24,000 nucleotides of DNA, taken from assembly GCA_942493335.1 (NCBI GenBank), contig OW818693.1:1566644-1590643 (forward strand), in the 5' to 3' direction. Shown here piece by piece: positions 9,181-17,669 of this stretch; the first letter of the stretch is position 1; each line of letters opens with the position of its first letter. The notes below the pieces were generated by a model. That model ran no database searches. It saw only the letters and a program-made list of their open reading frames with translations, and was not told where the DNA came from. Both the position numbers and the translations under genes were made by a program. Source of the stretch: an uncultured Clostridia bacterium. Lineage in GTDB: Bacteria > Bacillota > Clostridia > DSM-8532.

Positions 9181-10745
9181 GCTTCCACCTCGATTTCATC
9201 GATAATTGCCGCAATTTTGTCGCGAAGCTGCTGAGCCCTGGTGACGATTGTTTCAAGCCGTTCGTTCAATTCAGTAATATCAACCACTTCTCGCAAGTCT
9301 TTTTGCTCAACGTATGACGAGACGGATAGATTATAGCCATTCTCGGCAATCTGTTTGTTAGGGACAACCTTTACCATGTGTTCGACATCCTGACGGCCCC
9401 ACACAGCCTTCAGTATGTTTGCAATGTTATCATCTGTCAGCTTGTTGCCGTTGGTTACCTTAACGCATTCTTTAGAAGCGTCAACAAATACCGTCGTACT
9501 GGCCTTTTTGTTCTTCTTTAGGACCAAGATATTTGTGGAGATAGAGGTTCCATAAAACAAGGACCCTGGGAGCTGGATGTTTGCTTCGACATAATTGTTG
9601 TCAATCAGATACTGCCGAATCTTTTGCTCAGCTCCGCCCCGATACATAATTCCAGGAAAACAAACAATGGCCGCGACGCCGTTTTCCGACAGCCATGACA
9701 ACGAATGAAGAATGAACGCAAAATCAGCCTTTGATTTCGGGGCAAGCACTCCGGCGGGGGCAAATCTTGGGTCGTTGATAAGTGTTGGGCTCCCATCCCC
9801 AATCCAACGGACGCTGTAAGGTGGATTCGATACGATAGCTTCAAAGGGTTCTTCGTCCCAGTGGTGTGGCTCAGTCAGGGTGTCTCCATGCTTAATGTCA
9901 AACTTGTCAGGGCCGACATCATGCAGGAACATGTTAATTTTGCACAACTGGCTGGTGACCGACGAAATCTCCTGCCCGTAGAAACCCATTCTGACATTTT
10001 CCTTGCCAAGAATCTTGGCAAACTTCAGCAGAAGTGAGCCACTCCCGCATGCGGGGTCATAAACCTTGTTGACTTCCGTTCTTCCATATAGTGCCAAATG
10101 AGCCAGGAGCATCGATGCTTCAGGCGGCGTGAAATATTCTCCGCCCGATTTCCCTGCATTGGACGCATACATCCCCATAAGGTATTCGTATGCATCTCCA
10201 AACGCGTCAATGGAGCTGCCATGGCCGTATCCAAAATCCATTTCGCCGATGCCATTCATCAACTTGACGAGTGCAGAATTCCTACTCGCAACGGTTGCTC
10301 CGAGTTTGTTGCTGTTGACATCAAGTTCGTTAAACAATCCCTTAAAGTCTTCCTCACTCTCATAACCGCGAGCGGATGCCTCAATGGCGTCGAGAGCCTT
10401 TCCCAGCTTTTCATTGATGTTGGGGTCAGATGAAGCATTCTTACGGACATTGCAAAAGAGCTGGCTGGGAAGAATGAAGAACCCCTTTACTTGGACGAAT
10501 TCTTCGCGAGCCTGCTCTGCATCTTCATCGGAAATTTCAGAATACTTGAACCCAATATTCCCAGCAGCTTCTTCGCCCTTGTTGATATAGTTTTCTTGGT
10601 TCTCGGAAATATACCGATAGAACAACATCCCAAGAACATATTGCTTGAAGTCCCATCCATCCACGCTACCACGTAAATCGTTCGCAATTGCCCAAATCCC
10701 CTTGTACAGTTCGCTTCTTTCAACCTCACGTTTGTTTTCTGCCAT
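9177..10745 (-). CDS. hsdM: Type I restriction enzyme M subunit (N6-adenine DNA methyltransferase)
   Basis: SAM-binding motif I VYDPACGSGSLLL and catalytic motif IV IVSNPPYS. HsdM-type N-terminal helical domain. AAGGAG RBS. Confidence 0.95.
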   Translation of the reverse strand: MAENKREVERSELYKGIWAIANDLRGSVDGWDFKQYVLGMLFYRYISENQENYINKGEEAAGNIGFKYSEISDEDAEQAREEFVQVKGFFILPSQLFCNVRKNASSDPNINEKLGKALDAIEASARGYESEEDFKGLFNELDVNSNKLGATVASRNSALVKLMNGIGEMDFGYGHGSSIDAFGDAYEYLMGMYASNAGKSGGEYFTPPEASMLLAHLALYGRTEVNKVYDPACGSGSLLLKFAKILGKENVRMGFYGQEISSVTSQLCKINMFLHDVGPDKFDIKHGDTLTEPHHWDEEPFEAIVSNPPYSVRWIGDGSPTLINDPRFAPAGVLAPKSKADFAFILHSLSWLSENGVAAIVCFPGIMYRGGAEQKIRQYLIDNNYVEANIQLPGSLFYGTSISTNILVLKKNKKASTTVFVDASKECVKVTNGNKLTDDNIANILKAVWGRQDVEHMVKVVPNKQIAENGYNLSVSSYVEQKDLREVVDITELNERLETIVTRAQQLRDKIAAIIDEIEVEA

Positions 10746-10799
10746 TATGATTCTCCTTTGTTTATAGTTATCGGATTCGTGTACCCGTTTACATTCACA

Positions 10800-10827
10800 A
10801 TTCTATCCGTATTCTTCCATTGGTCAA
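10800..10827 (-). promoter_or_regulatory. Predicted sigma-70-type promoter of the R-M operon
   Basis: On the minus strand: TTGACC (10827-10822), 16 nt, TAGAAT (10805-10800), about 55 nt upstream of the hsdM ATG. A second TTGACA lies at 10839-10834. Confidence 0.45.
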
Positions 10828-10859
10828 CACAGATGTCAACCTACTTCTCCTCTTTTCCG

Positions 10860-10994
10860 TTATTGGCCCCCATAACACGGAAAGGTCGAACACGCATTAT
10901 CAACGAACTTATGGACGGAAGAATCTTCATCAAGAATATCACACCTGCCGGACAATGTATGGGCTTTCATGAAGTGATTATGAAGCTTGTTCAT
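10860..10994 (-). CDS. Small ORF, 44 aa, Cys-containing (MNKLHNHFMKAHTLSGRCDILDEDSSVHKFVDNACSTFPCYGGQ)
   Basis: Below the ORF-track cutoff. ATG 6 nt after GAGGA. An extended -10-like TGCTAATAT (minus strand, 11057-11049) sits just after the upstream terminator. No recognisable family. Confidence 0.25.
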   Translation of the reverse strand: MNKLHNHFMKAHTLSGRCDILDEDSSVHKFVDNACSTFPCYGGQ

Positions 10995-11057
10995 TCCGAA
11001 TCCTCACTTAACATTCGTCTCGAAGGACAACCAATGTTTCAGGCACTGATATTAGCA

Positions 11058-11098
11058 AACAGAAAGCTGCTCTACATCAAATGGAGCAGCCTTCTGTT
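11058..11098 (-). terminator. Strong hairpin terminator downstream of the decayed gene
   Basis: aacagaaagctgctc (11058-11072) and gagcagccttctgtt (11084-11098) form a 15-bp stem with one mismatch and an 11-nt loop. Lies about 20 nt after the TAA at 11119-11117 on the minus strand. Confidence 0.6.
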
Positions 11099-11116
11099 AA
11101 TAAATCGACAACATCA

Positions 11117-12092
11117 TTACTCTTCAACCACGGGGAACACACGATTGAGTTCCGCCTGTGTTTCCGCGATATCTTTCCCAATGCCCGGCATCATCTCAAA
11201 CGACACCTTGAACAATGTATAGTCTTCTTCAACGACGTCATTGACGATAAGTTGAACTGAATTGAAAGTTTTTTGCAAATCGCTTGCCACATATTGTGGA
11301 GCGTCTGAGCTGATGCTGGTGGAGTAATCGACTGCAATTGGCGTTGATTGTTTTCAAGCGACTTTCATAGAGCATTGCTCCCTCAAGAATTGAAGCATCG
11401 GTATATGAAGTGGGATTTTCGATAACATCCATGTTATAGTCGCCATAATCACCGACGATGCTCTGATATCTGTTCGTGAAACACCCCATATCCTCAATAT
11501 ACGATGTTTTTTCCTCGGTGAACTGTAACCTCTTATCGCCCTCCAAGGCAACTTGAGATGTCGCACTTGGGGTGACTTCTTCTGAAGGAGAAGGCCATGC
11601 CTCTGATGGTGAAGGTAATACCGCTTAAGGAACTGAGGCAACTGGTGACACGGCTGTTTGTGACTCGATGGTCTTGGCATCACTGTCGCTTGATTGTTTG
11701 AAAAGACCCGTTTGAACCGGAATGAAGATGAAAATAAAACGACAATTGCAGTAACTATTAGCTTCACTTTGCGCTTTATACACTCATTTATCCAAAGTAA
11801 CAACAAGCCGAGCGGCCAGAACAGCACCAAGAAATGATTGCAATCCATGGTTTCTGATAGAACGGTTCTCTTCTGGGGGAGGCCGGTGGATATGATGCTG
11901 CATTATCATATACCTTGAGGTATCTGCATAGCAGTTGGTTGGACCATTCTGCGCCCACGCATACCATCCATGGCCTTGCCCATCTGAAGACATATTGTTA
12001 TTTGGTCCAGTATTCATGGGCCCATTCTGTTGGTCGTGCCTCGGTGTTCCATTGTCGCCTTCAATGTTCCACCCACTGTGATATGAATTCAT
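11117..12092 (-). pseudogene. Decayed gene (in-frame stops plus frameshift) for a membrane-anchored or secreted protein
   Basis: The start at 12092 has GAGG 8 nt upstream. That frame hits TGA at 11783-11781 and TAA at 11627-11625, yet stays protein-like on both sides (KQSSDSDAKTIESQTAVSPVASVP*AVLPSPSEAWPSPSEEVTPSATSQ...). After about 11350 the protein-like reading moves to another frame (KQSTPIAVDYSTSISSDAPQYVASDLQKTFNSVQLIVNDVVEEDYTLFKVSFEMMPGIGKDIAETQAELNRVFPVVEE*), which ends just before the terminator. TM-like text (HFLVLFWPLGLLLLWI, KLIVTAIVVLF) sits in a second frame. Confidence 0.45.
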
Positions 12093-12292
12093 ATTGCATA
12101 CCTCGTATGCAATATGCTAATCAGATATCGTAGAACAGTAACTCATAGCAGAGCGGACCAAGATGAACGTATTCGCTTGCCCATTATTGACATCGCTCTA
12201 CGATATGAATGCAACCAATAGAGCCCTATTCCATAAAGGAAGTGTGACCGCTATGCACTCCACCAGTAATACGTCAAATTTGAAGCAAACGC

Positions 12293-12958
12293 CTAATTTG
12301 TAACATTGCTAATATTTGTATCGGTAATTTCCCTATTTAGTTTGCTTTTTATCAAGTATACATACTGCGCAAACAGTTCTCTTGCATATGTTCTTGCGTA
12401 CTTGTCCATAGAATAAATCGATAAAACAATTGCAACAACTAGTGACAAACACACGTTAATTATGACACCTTTTAACACCACGACTACAATCAATATAAGA
12501 ATCAGAGAACTAGCAATCCCACGAGTAAGCCCATAACTCCCATTGAAGAAGTCTACTCTATCATGCAATGAAGCCGCTTTGATTTCGGCATAAATTTCTC
12601 TTGTGAATCCTATCCACGTTCTTTTGTTGACGAAGGGATTCTTCCCCTCCGACATAAAATGACTGTATATTGATTCTCTCCAATGCTCTGAGTAGGTATT
12701 GTTGCTCTCTATCATAATCCAGTCCGTTGGCCATCCTTTGCGGAACTTCCACCACATTTTCTCAAGAATATTCCCAACTGCTTGAACCAGATACCCGCAC
12801 GCATAGCTTATCACAAGCATAATACTAATGGCAGAAAACTGATTTTGGTTACTAAGCAACAGAGTGTTTACTTCCTGTATTACAAGGGATAGTCCAAATA
12901 ATGCCACCGCACCTGGGACAAATATACCCGCAAATTCGTAATAATCGAAGTTCCTCAT
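12293..12958 (-). CDS. Integral membrane protein, about 4 TM, unknown function (221 aa)
   Basis: I prefer ATG 12958 (GAGGTG 6 nt upstream) to the GTG at 12967. Two N-terminal TM segments (FAGIFVPGAVALFGLSLVI, ISIMLVISYACGYLVQAVG), a soluble core of about 90 aa, and two C-terminal TM segments (SSLILILIVVVVL, INVCLSLVVAIVLSIY). Confidence 0.6.
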   Translation of the reverse strand: MRNFDYYEFAGIFVPGAVALFGLSLVIQEVNTLLLSNQNQFSAISIMLVISYACGYLVQAVGNILEKMWWKFRKGWPTDWIMIESNNTYSEHWRESIYSHFMSEGKNPFVNKRTWIGFTREIYAEIKAASLHDRVDFFNGSYGLTRGIASSLILILIVVVVLKGVIINVCLSLVVAIVLSIYSMDKYARTYARELFAQYVYLIKSKLNREITDTNISNVTN

Positions 12959-13118
12959 AACAATCACCTCGTAATAAAGAAAATGCTTCTATACCCCATA
13001 CAGCGAAAGGTAAACTTTTCTTAACGGATATTACTTCGTTTCATATCAACTTCTCTCTGACTATATGAAGTCATTGGCGGCGAAACAACTTAAAATGATT
13101 AACTACCAGCATATATAA

Positions 13119-13388
13119 TCACTCAATATCCATTAACGGCAATGATAAAAGACCATTCTTGGAGTAGAATTCATCGTACTTATGGTGTGAAAATCTATAG
13201 TGACAAATATCGCTTTCATGATAGCATACTTTAACACCAATCCCAATAAATTCTACACATCTTCGAAGTGTTGCTGTATAATAGTTGTCGATAGAGTAGA
13301 TAAAAACACGTTCAAGAACTGCATCAATCGTCTCATTCAGGCTAAATGTACTTCTGCAAAAACGCACTCTGTGACCAAATGCTGACAC
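13119..13388 (-). CDS. Small hypothetical ORF (89 aa), doubtful
   Basis: GTG start with no SD. Divergent from the MBL gene. More protein-like than the antisense ORF 13200..13385, but unsupported otherwise. Confidence 0.25.
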   Translation of the reverse strand: MSAFGHRVRFCRSTFSLNETIDAVLERVFIYSIDNYYTATLRRCVEFIGIGVKVCYHESDICHYRFSHHKYDEFYSKNGLLSLPLMDIE

Positions 13389-13447
13389 TGATTTGACATA
13401 TACAAGAGAACAGCGGTTATCGAAATACCTAGAGGGGGGAATGCAAT

Positions 13448-14530
13448 ATGAGCCAAAGAATCACAATCTACCCGCTTGGAAACGCCGAAACCATTTTATT
13501 AGAACTCTCAAACAATAAGAGAATTCTCATAGACTATGCTGCAATGCGCACTGAAGAAGAGGGCGATAAGCGTTATGACATCACCACAACGCTAGTAAAA
13601 TTTAGTTCTTTCGACGTTGTTATGTTTAGTCATGCCCATGAAGACCACGTTAAGGGTGCGAAAGACTTTTTTGAGTTTGACCATGCCGAAAAATACCAGG
13701 GTAATGGGCGTGTGAAAATCAAGGAACTTTGGGTTTCATCTGCGTTTGTGCTTGATTCTAGTGTCAGCGAAGATGCTCGTGTTATTCGCCAAGAAGCACG
13801 CCACCGCATAAAGAAGGGCTATGGGATAAAAGTGTTCGCTGAGCCCGATAAACTCGACCAATGGCTTATTGATAATGACCTGTCAACTGACGATAGTGAA
13901 AACTCCATAATCCACGCAGGAACATTACTAAAAAATAAAGACCACTGCCTTGGAGATGAGCTTGATGTATTTGTCCATGCACCGTTCTCAGAGGACGCCA
14001 ATGAGAGTGAAGATAGAAATGACCCATCAATTGTTTTGCAGCTTAGGTTAGCAAATTTTTCGCGGACTACAACCATCTTCGTTACAGGCGATGCTCCACA
14101 TGAAATTCTTGATAAAATAGTCGAGCGTTCTGAAAAGGCCGGTAATGATAGCTATCTATACTGGGATTTATATGACATACCACACCATTGCAGTCATACC
14201 GGGCTATCAGACGAACGTGGAGAGAAAGTAACAGATACTTCTGAAAATATCAAACGCCTATTATCCAATTATTCTAGAAAGAACGCCGTCATGATAGCTT
14301 CATGTCGGGCGTTTTGTGATGTAGGTGACGACGACCCTCTACCGCCTCATTTTCAAGCAAAAGATGCTTATATAAAATATAGTGGCGAGAAGGAGTTCAT
14401 CGCGACAATGGAATACCCTAATAAAGTCAATCCTCAACCGCTGGTTTACGAAATCGATATGTTTGGAATAACCAAGAAAGTAGTCACGGCAAGCCCCATT
14501 ATAACTTCGCCAGCACCGAGGGCAGGATAA
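13448..14530 (+). CDS. Metallo-beta-lactamase-fold hydrolase (360 aa) with a Pro/Ser-rich C-terminal tail ending in Gly
   Basis: N-terminal ITIYPLGNAETILLEL..RILIDYA strand pattern. H62-A-H-E-D-H67 (HxHxDH zinc motif). No signal peptide. C-terminus ...KKVVTASPIITSPAPRAG*. GAGGGGGG RBS 8 nt upstream. The stop overlaps the next start (TAATG). Confidence 0.85.
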   Translation: MSQRITIYPLGNAETILLELSNNKRILIDYAAMRTEEEGDKRYDITTTLVKFSSFDVVMFSHAHEDHVKGAKDFFEFDHAEKYQGNGRVKIKELWVSSAFVLDSSVSEDARVIRQEARHRIKKGYGIKVFAEPDKLDQWLIDNDLSTDDSENSIIHAGTLLKNKDHCLGDELDVFVHAPFSEDANESEDRNDPSIVLQLRLANFSRTTTIFVTGDAPHEILDKIVERSEKAGNDSYLYWDLYDIPHHCSHTGLSDERGEKVTDTSENIKRLLSNYSRKNAVMIASCRAFCDVGDDDPLPPHFQAKDAYIKYSGEKEFIATMEYPNKVNPQPLVYEIDMFGITKKVVTASPIITSPAPRAG

Positions 14531-16791
14531 TGGAAACTGATATCACCACTCCAATGTGCGAGATAACAAGGCAAATCCTTGTTGTTTTGTGTAGCGGTGG
14601 CCCATATCAGGCTACCCTGCAATGCATTGAGAATGTGAGACATGATAATACCTTAACAGACATGCTCAAAATCGAATACAATATCGCAGGATTGTGTCAG
14701 TATCCAAAATATGAAATCCGCCGAGTCGAGCCAATTACTATTTGGGTACAAGATGGACAGTTGCCGATAGTCGAAGCAAGAGAAGATTTCCCGATAGTGC
14801 CTCATCTTGTTGTCAATCGTGATGGCATGAAGACGCTCTGTTATACCGATTTCTCATATTCTGAGATAAAGCACAGACTGAACGGACAATTTATTGTGGA
14901 GTGCATCAACGAGTGGTTTGTAAGAACCGCTCGTGATGAACTTCACCGAGATGACCAGCCTCTTGAACCTTTCTTTTTCGGGGTCCAAGACATGATTGTC
15001 GTAAAGAAGCAGTTTTTTCATAATTATTGTGCAAAATTCAAAGAAATTCAACAAAACAATCGTCTGACATTACAGCAAGTCCCCGACGGTGTCAACGGGA
15101 CAGGGGTATACCTTTACGTTGTTATTAGGTTGAATATCCCACCTAGTAAAGATAACATTATCCATCATCCTCCGAAGTCATTAGGAGATTTATTTGCTCT
15201 TTTTTCATCGAAGCACATCGAACAGCAGCTTATGACCGAATTGTGGGAAATTCTCAAAATAAGGCTTAATAAGAAAAATTTTCAATCTACATTCGTCAAT
15301 ATGTCTTTTCTGTTTTGTTTACCCTGCATCATCTTTTTGCATATCCCACAAAGAAGAAAAAAAACAAGTATTATCGAAACATCAGATAATCGTGTGTTTA
15401 TAACCAACGGTCACAGATTCGGCGATATTCTCAATGATTTTGGTATCCATCGACAGATAATTGTTGGCGAAAAAAAAAGTCAAGAATATAAGTTAACCAG
15501 TACCGGCAAAAATTATCACGGCGAAAACATCAGCATCAGTCAACTCAATCTTCACTTTGAAACAACGCCTCCACTTGCCAGAATATATAGCGGAATCAAT
15601 GAAGGCTATCAACATAAATATTTCGTACTCATCGGTGCAGGAGCCTTAGGCTCTCAGGTGTATGTTAATTGTTTACGCTCAGGTTTTGGGAAATGGGCAA
15701 TTATTGATTTCGATGTTTTTTTGCCCCACAACCTTACTCGGCATGTTCTTTCACAATCTTCAGTTGGACAACCGAAGGCAACAGAGCTAGTGCAATATGC
15801 TAATTCTGTCATTGAGAATCCTGAAGTATGCGCTTATGTAGCTGACGTTCTTGACCATCATAGCGCCGACATTCTTATGACCTTAGCAACAGCCGATGTG
15901 ATAGTAGACGTTTCCACATCGGTCGCGGTGGAACGAATGCTTGCCATAGACACGAAAACAAAAGCACGATGTATTTCGCTCTTCTTAAATCCACGAGGCG
16001 ATTGTCTTGTTATGCTTTGTGAAGACTCGGAGCGAACCATTACACTCGACCAATTGGAGATGCAGTTGAACGCAATACTGATTAACGAGACTGATTTGGA
16101 GAATTTCTATTGTTTGCCAACAACTATAGCATACGCTACATCTTGTCGCGACATAACTACTACTATTCCGCAAGAAAACATTGCATTAACTGGCGCCGTC
16201 GCAAGCAAAGAGTTGAAATTAGCTCAAGAAAACATGTCATCAAATATCGTTGTCTGGAAAATAAGCAACGATGGAATTGCAGCACAAAGATATGCTGGCG
16301 AACGATGGCATGAAATATCTTGTGGTGATTGGCGAGTGTTGATGCGCTACTCCTTGCTGCATTCTCTCCAAGAAAAGAGAATCGAACGTCAACCGAATGA
16401 AACCGGCGGTGTTCTTATTGGTAATTATGACTTTTCACGTAAGATAATTTATGTCGTCGACATGATTTTTTCACCAAGTGACAGTATTGAGGTCCCTTCC
16501 TCATATATCCGAGGCTGCAAAAACTTACCTGAGCAGATAAATCAAATATCAAAAAGAACATTTAACGGTCTTTTCTATATCGGGGAATGGCATAGCCACC
16601 CCAGCCAGAGCACTGCGATGAGCTGTGCTGATGAAAAGCTTCTCCGCACAATTAGCGATGTTTGTAAAGCCAACTGTCTACTCGGTGCTATGATTATTTG
16701 CGGGAGTAATAGCAATTTATCTTTTTATCTTCGTGATGATACTATGGTTTTTTCTGAGACGTTCATATTCGACAATACTGGACAACGATAA
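14530..16791 (+). CDS. E2(UBC)-like / E1 (ThiF-MoeB) / JAB triple-domain protein, 753 aa
   Basis: E2-like: DFPIVPHLVVNRDGMKTLCYTD, a His-x11-Cys pattern like HPN...G.iCl of UBC folds, with candidate Cys104 (nt 14839-14841). E1: YFVLIGAGALGSQVYVNCLRSGFGKWAIIDFDVFLPHNLTRH (GxGxxG plus D.D...NL.R). Candidate E1 Cys539 (ATSCRD). JAB: E624 (NETGGVLIG) and H688-S-H690-x7-S698-x2-D701 (EWHSHPSQSTAMSCAD), the canonical JAMM spacing. Confidence 0.9.
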   Translation: METDITTPMCEITRQILVVLCSGGPYQATLQCIENVRHDNTLTDMLKIEYNIAGLCQYPKYEIRRVEPITIWVQDGQLPIVEAREDFPIVPHLVVNRDGMKTLCYTDFSYSEIKHRLNGQFIVECINEWFVRTARDELHRDDQPLEPFFFGVQDMIVVKKQFFHNYCAKFKEIQQNNRLTLQQVPDGVNGTGVYLYVVIRLNIPPSKDNIIHHPPKSLGDLFALFSSKHIEQQLMTELWEILKIRLNKKNFQSTFVNMSFLFCLPCIIFLHIPQRRKKTSIIETSDNRVFITNGHRFGDILNDFGIHRQIIVGEKKSQEYKLTSTGKNYHGENISISQLNLHFETTPPLARIYSGINEGYQHKYFVLIGAGALGSQVYVNCLRSGFGKWAIIDFDVFLPHNLTRHVLSQSSVGQPKATELVQYANSVIENPEVCAYVADVLDHHSADILMTLATADVIVDVSTSVAVERMLAIDTKTKARCISLFLNPRGDCLVMLCEDSERTITLDQLEMQLNAILINETDLENFYCLPTTIAYATSCRDITTTIPQENIALTGAVASKELKLAQENMSSNIVVWKISNDGIAAQRYAGERWHEISCGDWRVLMRYSLLHSLQEKRIERQPNETGGVLIGNYDFSRKIIYVVDMIFSPSDSIEVPSSYIRGCKNLPEQINQISKRTFNGLFYIGEWHSHPSQSTAMSCADEKLLRTISDVCKANCLLGAMIICGSNSNLSFYLRDDTMVFSETFIFDNTGQR

Positions 16792-16915
16792 AGACAAATG
16801 TCAACTTCATAAATACGACTCAGTGTAGAAATGGAGAGACGAATGGTGCTGGTGGTTTATAAAACATTGCAACGAAAGGGTTCCATCATTCGAGCTTGTA
16901 TCACCTGTCTTGATA

Positions 16916-17251
16916 CTAGCGAATTCGTTTGTTCTTCCACTCTGCTGCTTCCGCTAGGACAAAACGATGTAAGATGCGTGAAACAATGTCAGCTTTATCG
17001 AAACCGACGGCGTTTCTTGTTCCATTCTCTTCGTAACATTCCCAAGTTATCCTATTCTCGGTTTGAAGCCAAATTAACGATAAATTCACGTTATCCTTTC
17101 GTTCAACTTCAGCCTCAATTAAGCCTTCAATCGTTTCTTCATACACGCGCCAGAAGAAGGAAATCTCTCCTTGAACCTGCACATATATTTCGTCCCACAC
17201 GTTATTGAAGATTCGAGTCGTTCCCAGAAAGCAACCCATTTGTTGTTGCAC
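16916..17251 (-). CDS. Hypothetical acidic protein (111 aa), possibly frameshifted at its 5' end
   Basis: The protein-like ORF (RIFNNVWDEIYVQVQGEISFFWRVYEETIEGLIEAEVERK...) has no good SD at its own start. A well-placed start (ATG 17330, GAGGTGGG 2 nt upstream) opens a different frame that stops at 17204-17202, which suggests a 1-nt frameshift. Confidence 0.35.
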   Translation of the reverse strand: MQQQMGCFLGTTRIFNNVWDEIYVQVQGEISFFWRVYEETIEGLIEAEVERKDNVNLSLIWLQTENRITWECYEENGTRNAVGFDKADIVSRILHRFVLAEAAEWKNKRIR

Positions 17252-17361
17252 AAGGCCGTCGTATTACGCTGTTGGCTATAAACTTACACGCCCTGTTTGC
17301 AACTGTTGCAATGATTCGTTCTTTATACATGACCCACCTCGCCAGAACGTAGTGCTTCTCG

Positions 17362-17669
17362 ACACCAAGCATAGCGGAGTATAGTCAAATCTCGCACGAA
17401 CGGCACACTCCCTTGTTCAACCTTCCAAAACCACCATGCTCCTTCATGTCTCCCTCATCGCACATTTCTCCACATTTTTCGCATTCATACCACCTGACCC
17501 AAAACGAATCAAACTGCATGTCACTAGATGACGCATCAAAGTGTTGGCGCATCTCAGCCTTTGCCTGTTCATGCTCAAAATCATCGTTATGATGTCCTAT
17601 GCCACCACATCGCGTCATTTGAGGCTCTCGCTGAGCATATTGTCGACGAATAGCTTGAAATGTCTCTGT
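17362..17669. repeat. Direct repeat copy A (3' two-thirds of the zinc-ribbon gene plus about 20 nt of downstream flank)
   Basis: Alignable by eye with 22962-23268 in the same orientation. Roughly three quarters of positions are identical, for example gagtatagtcaaatctc, caaccttccaaaa, caccatgctccttcatgtct, gctgagcatattgtcgacgaat. Confidence 0.7.

Noticed and set aside
10758-11222. 154-aa plus-strand ORF
   Set aside because: It starts inside the hsdM promoter/leader region, runs through the 11058-11098 terminator hairpin and is antisense to better-supported minus-strand features. Its composition is not protein-like (hydrophobic/Ser-rich junk).
13119-13388. The small divergent ORF as the missing ubiquitin-like protein of the E1/E2/JAB module
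   Set aside because: It ends ...LPLMDIE with no C-terminal Gly or Gly-Gly, has a GTG start without an SD, and I can see no beta-grasp-like pattern. I kept it only as a low-confidence ORF.
13448-14530. The MBL-fold protein as an antibiotic-resistance beta-lactamase
   Set aside because: It has no signal peptide and is cytoplasmic in appearance, and it is translationally coupled to an E1/JAB enzyme. The MBL fold is far more often a nuclease or hydrolase in such contexts. Only the HxHxDH motif is shared.
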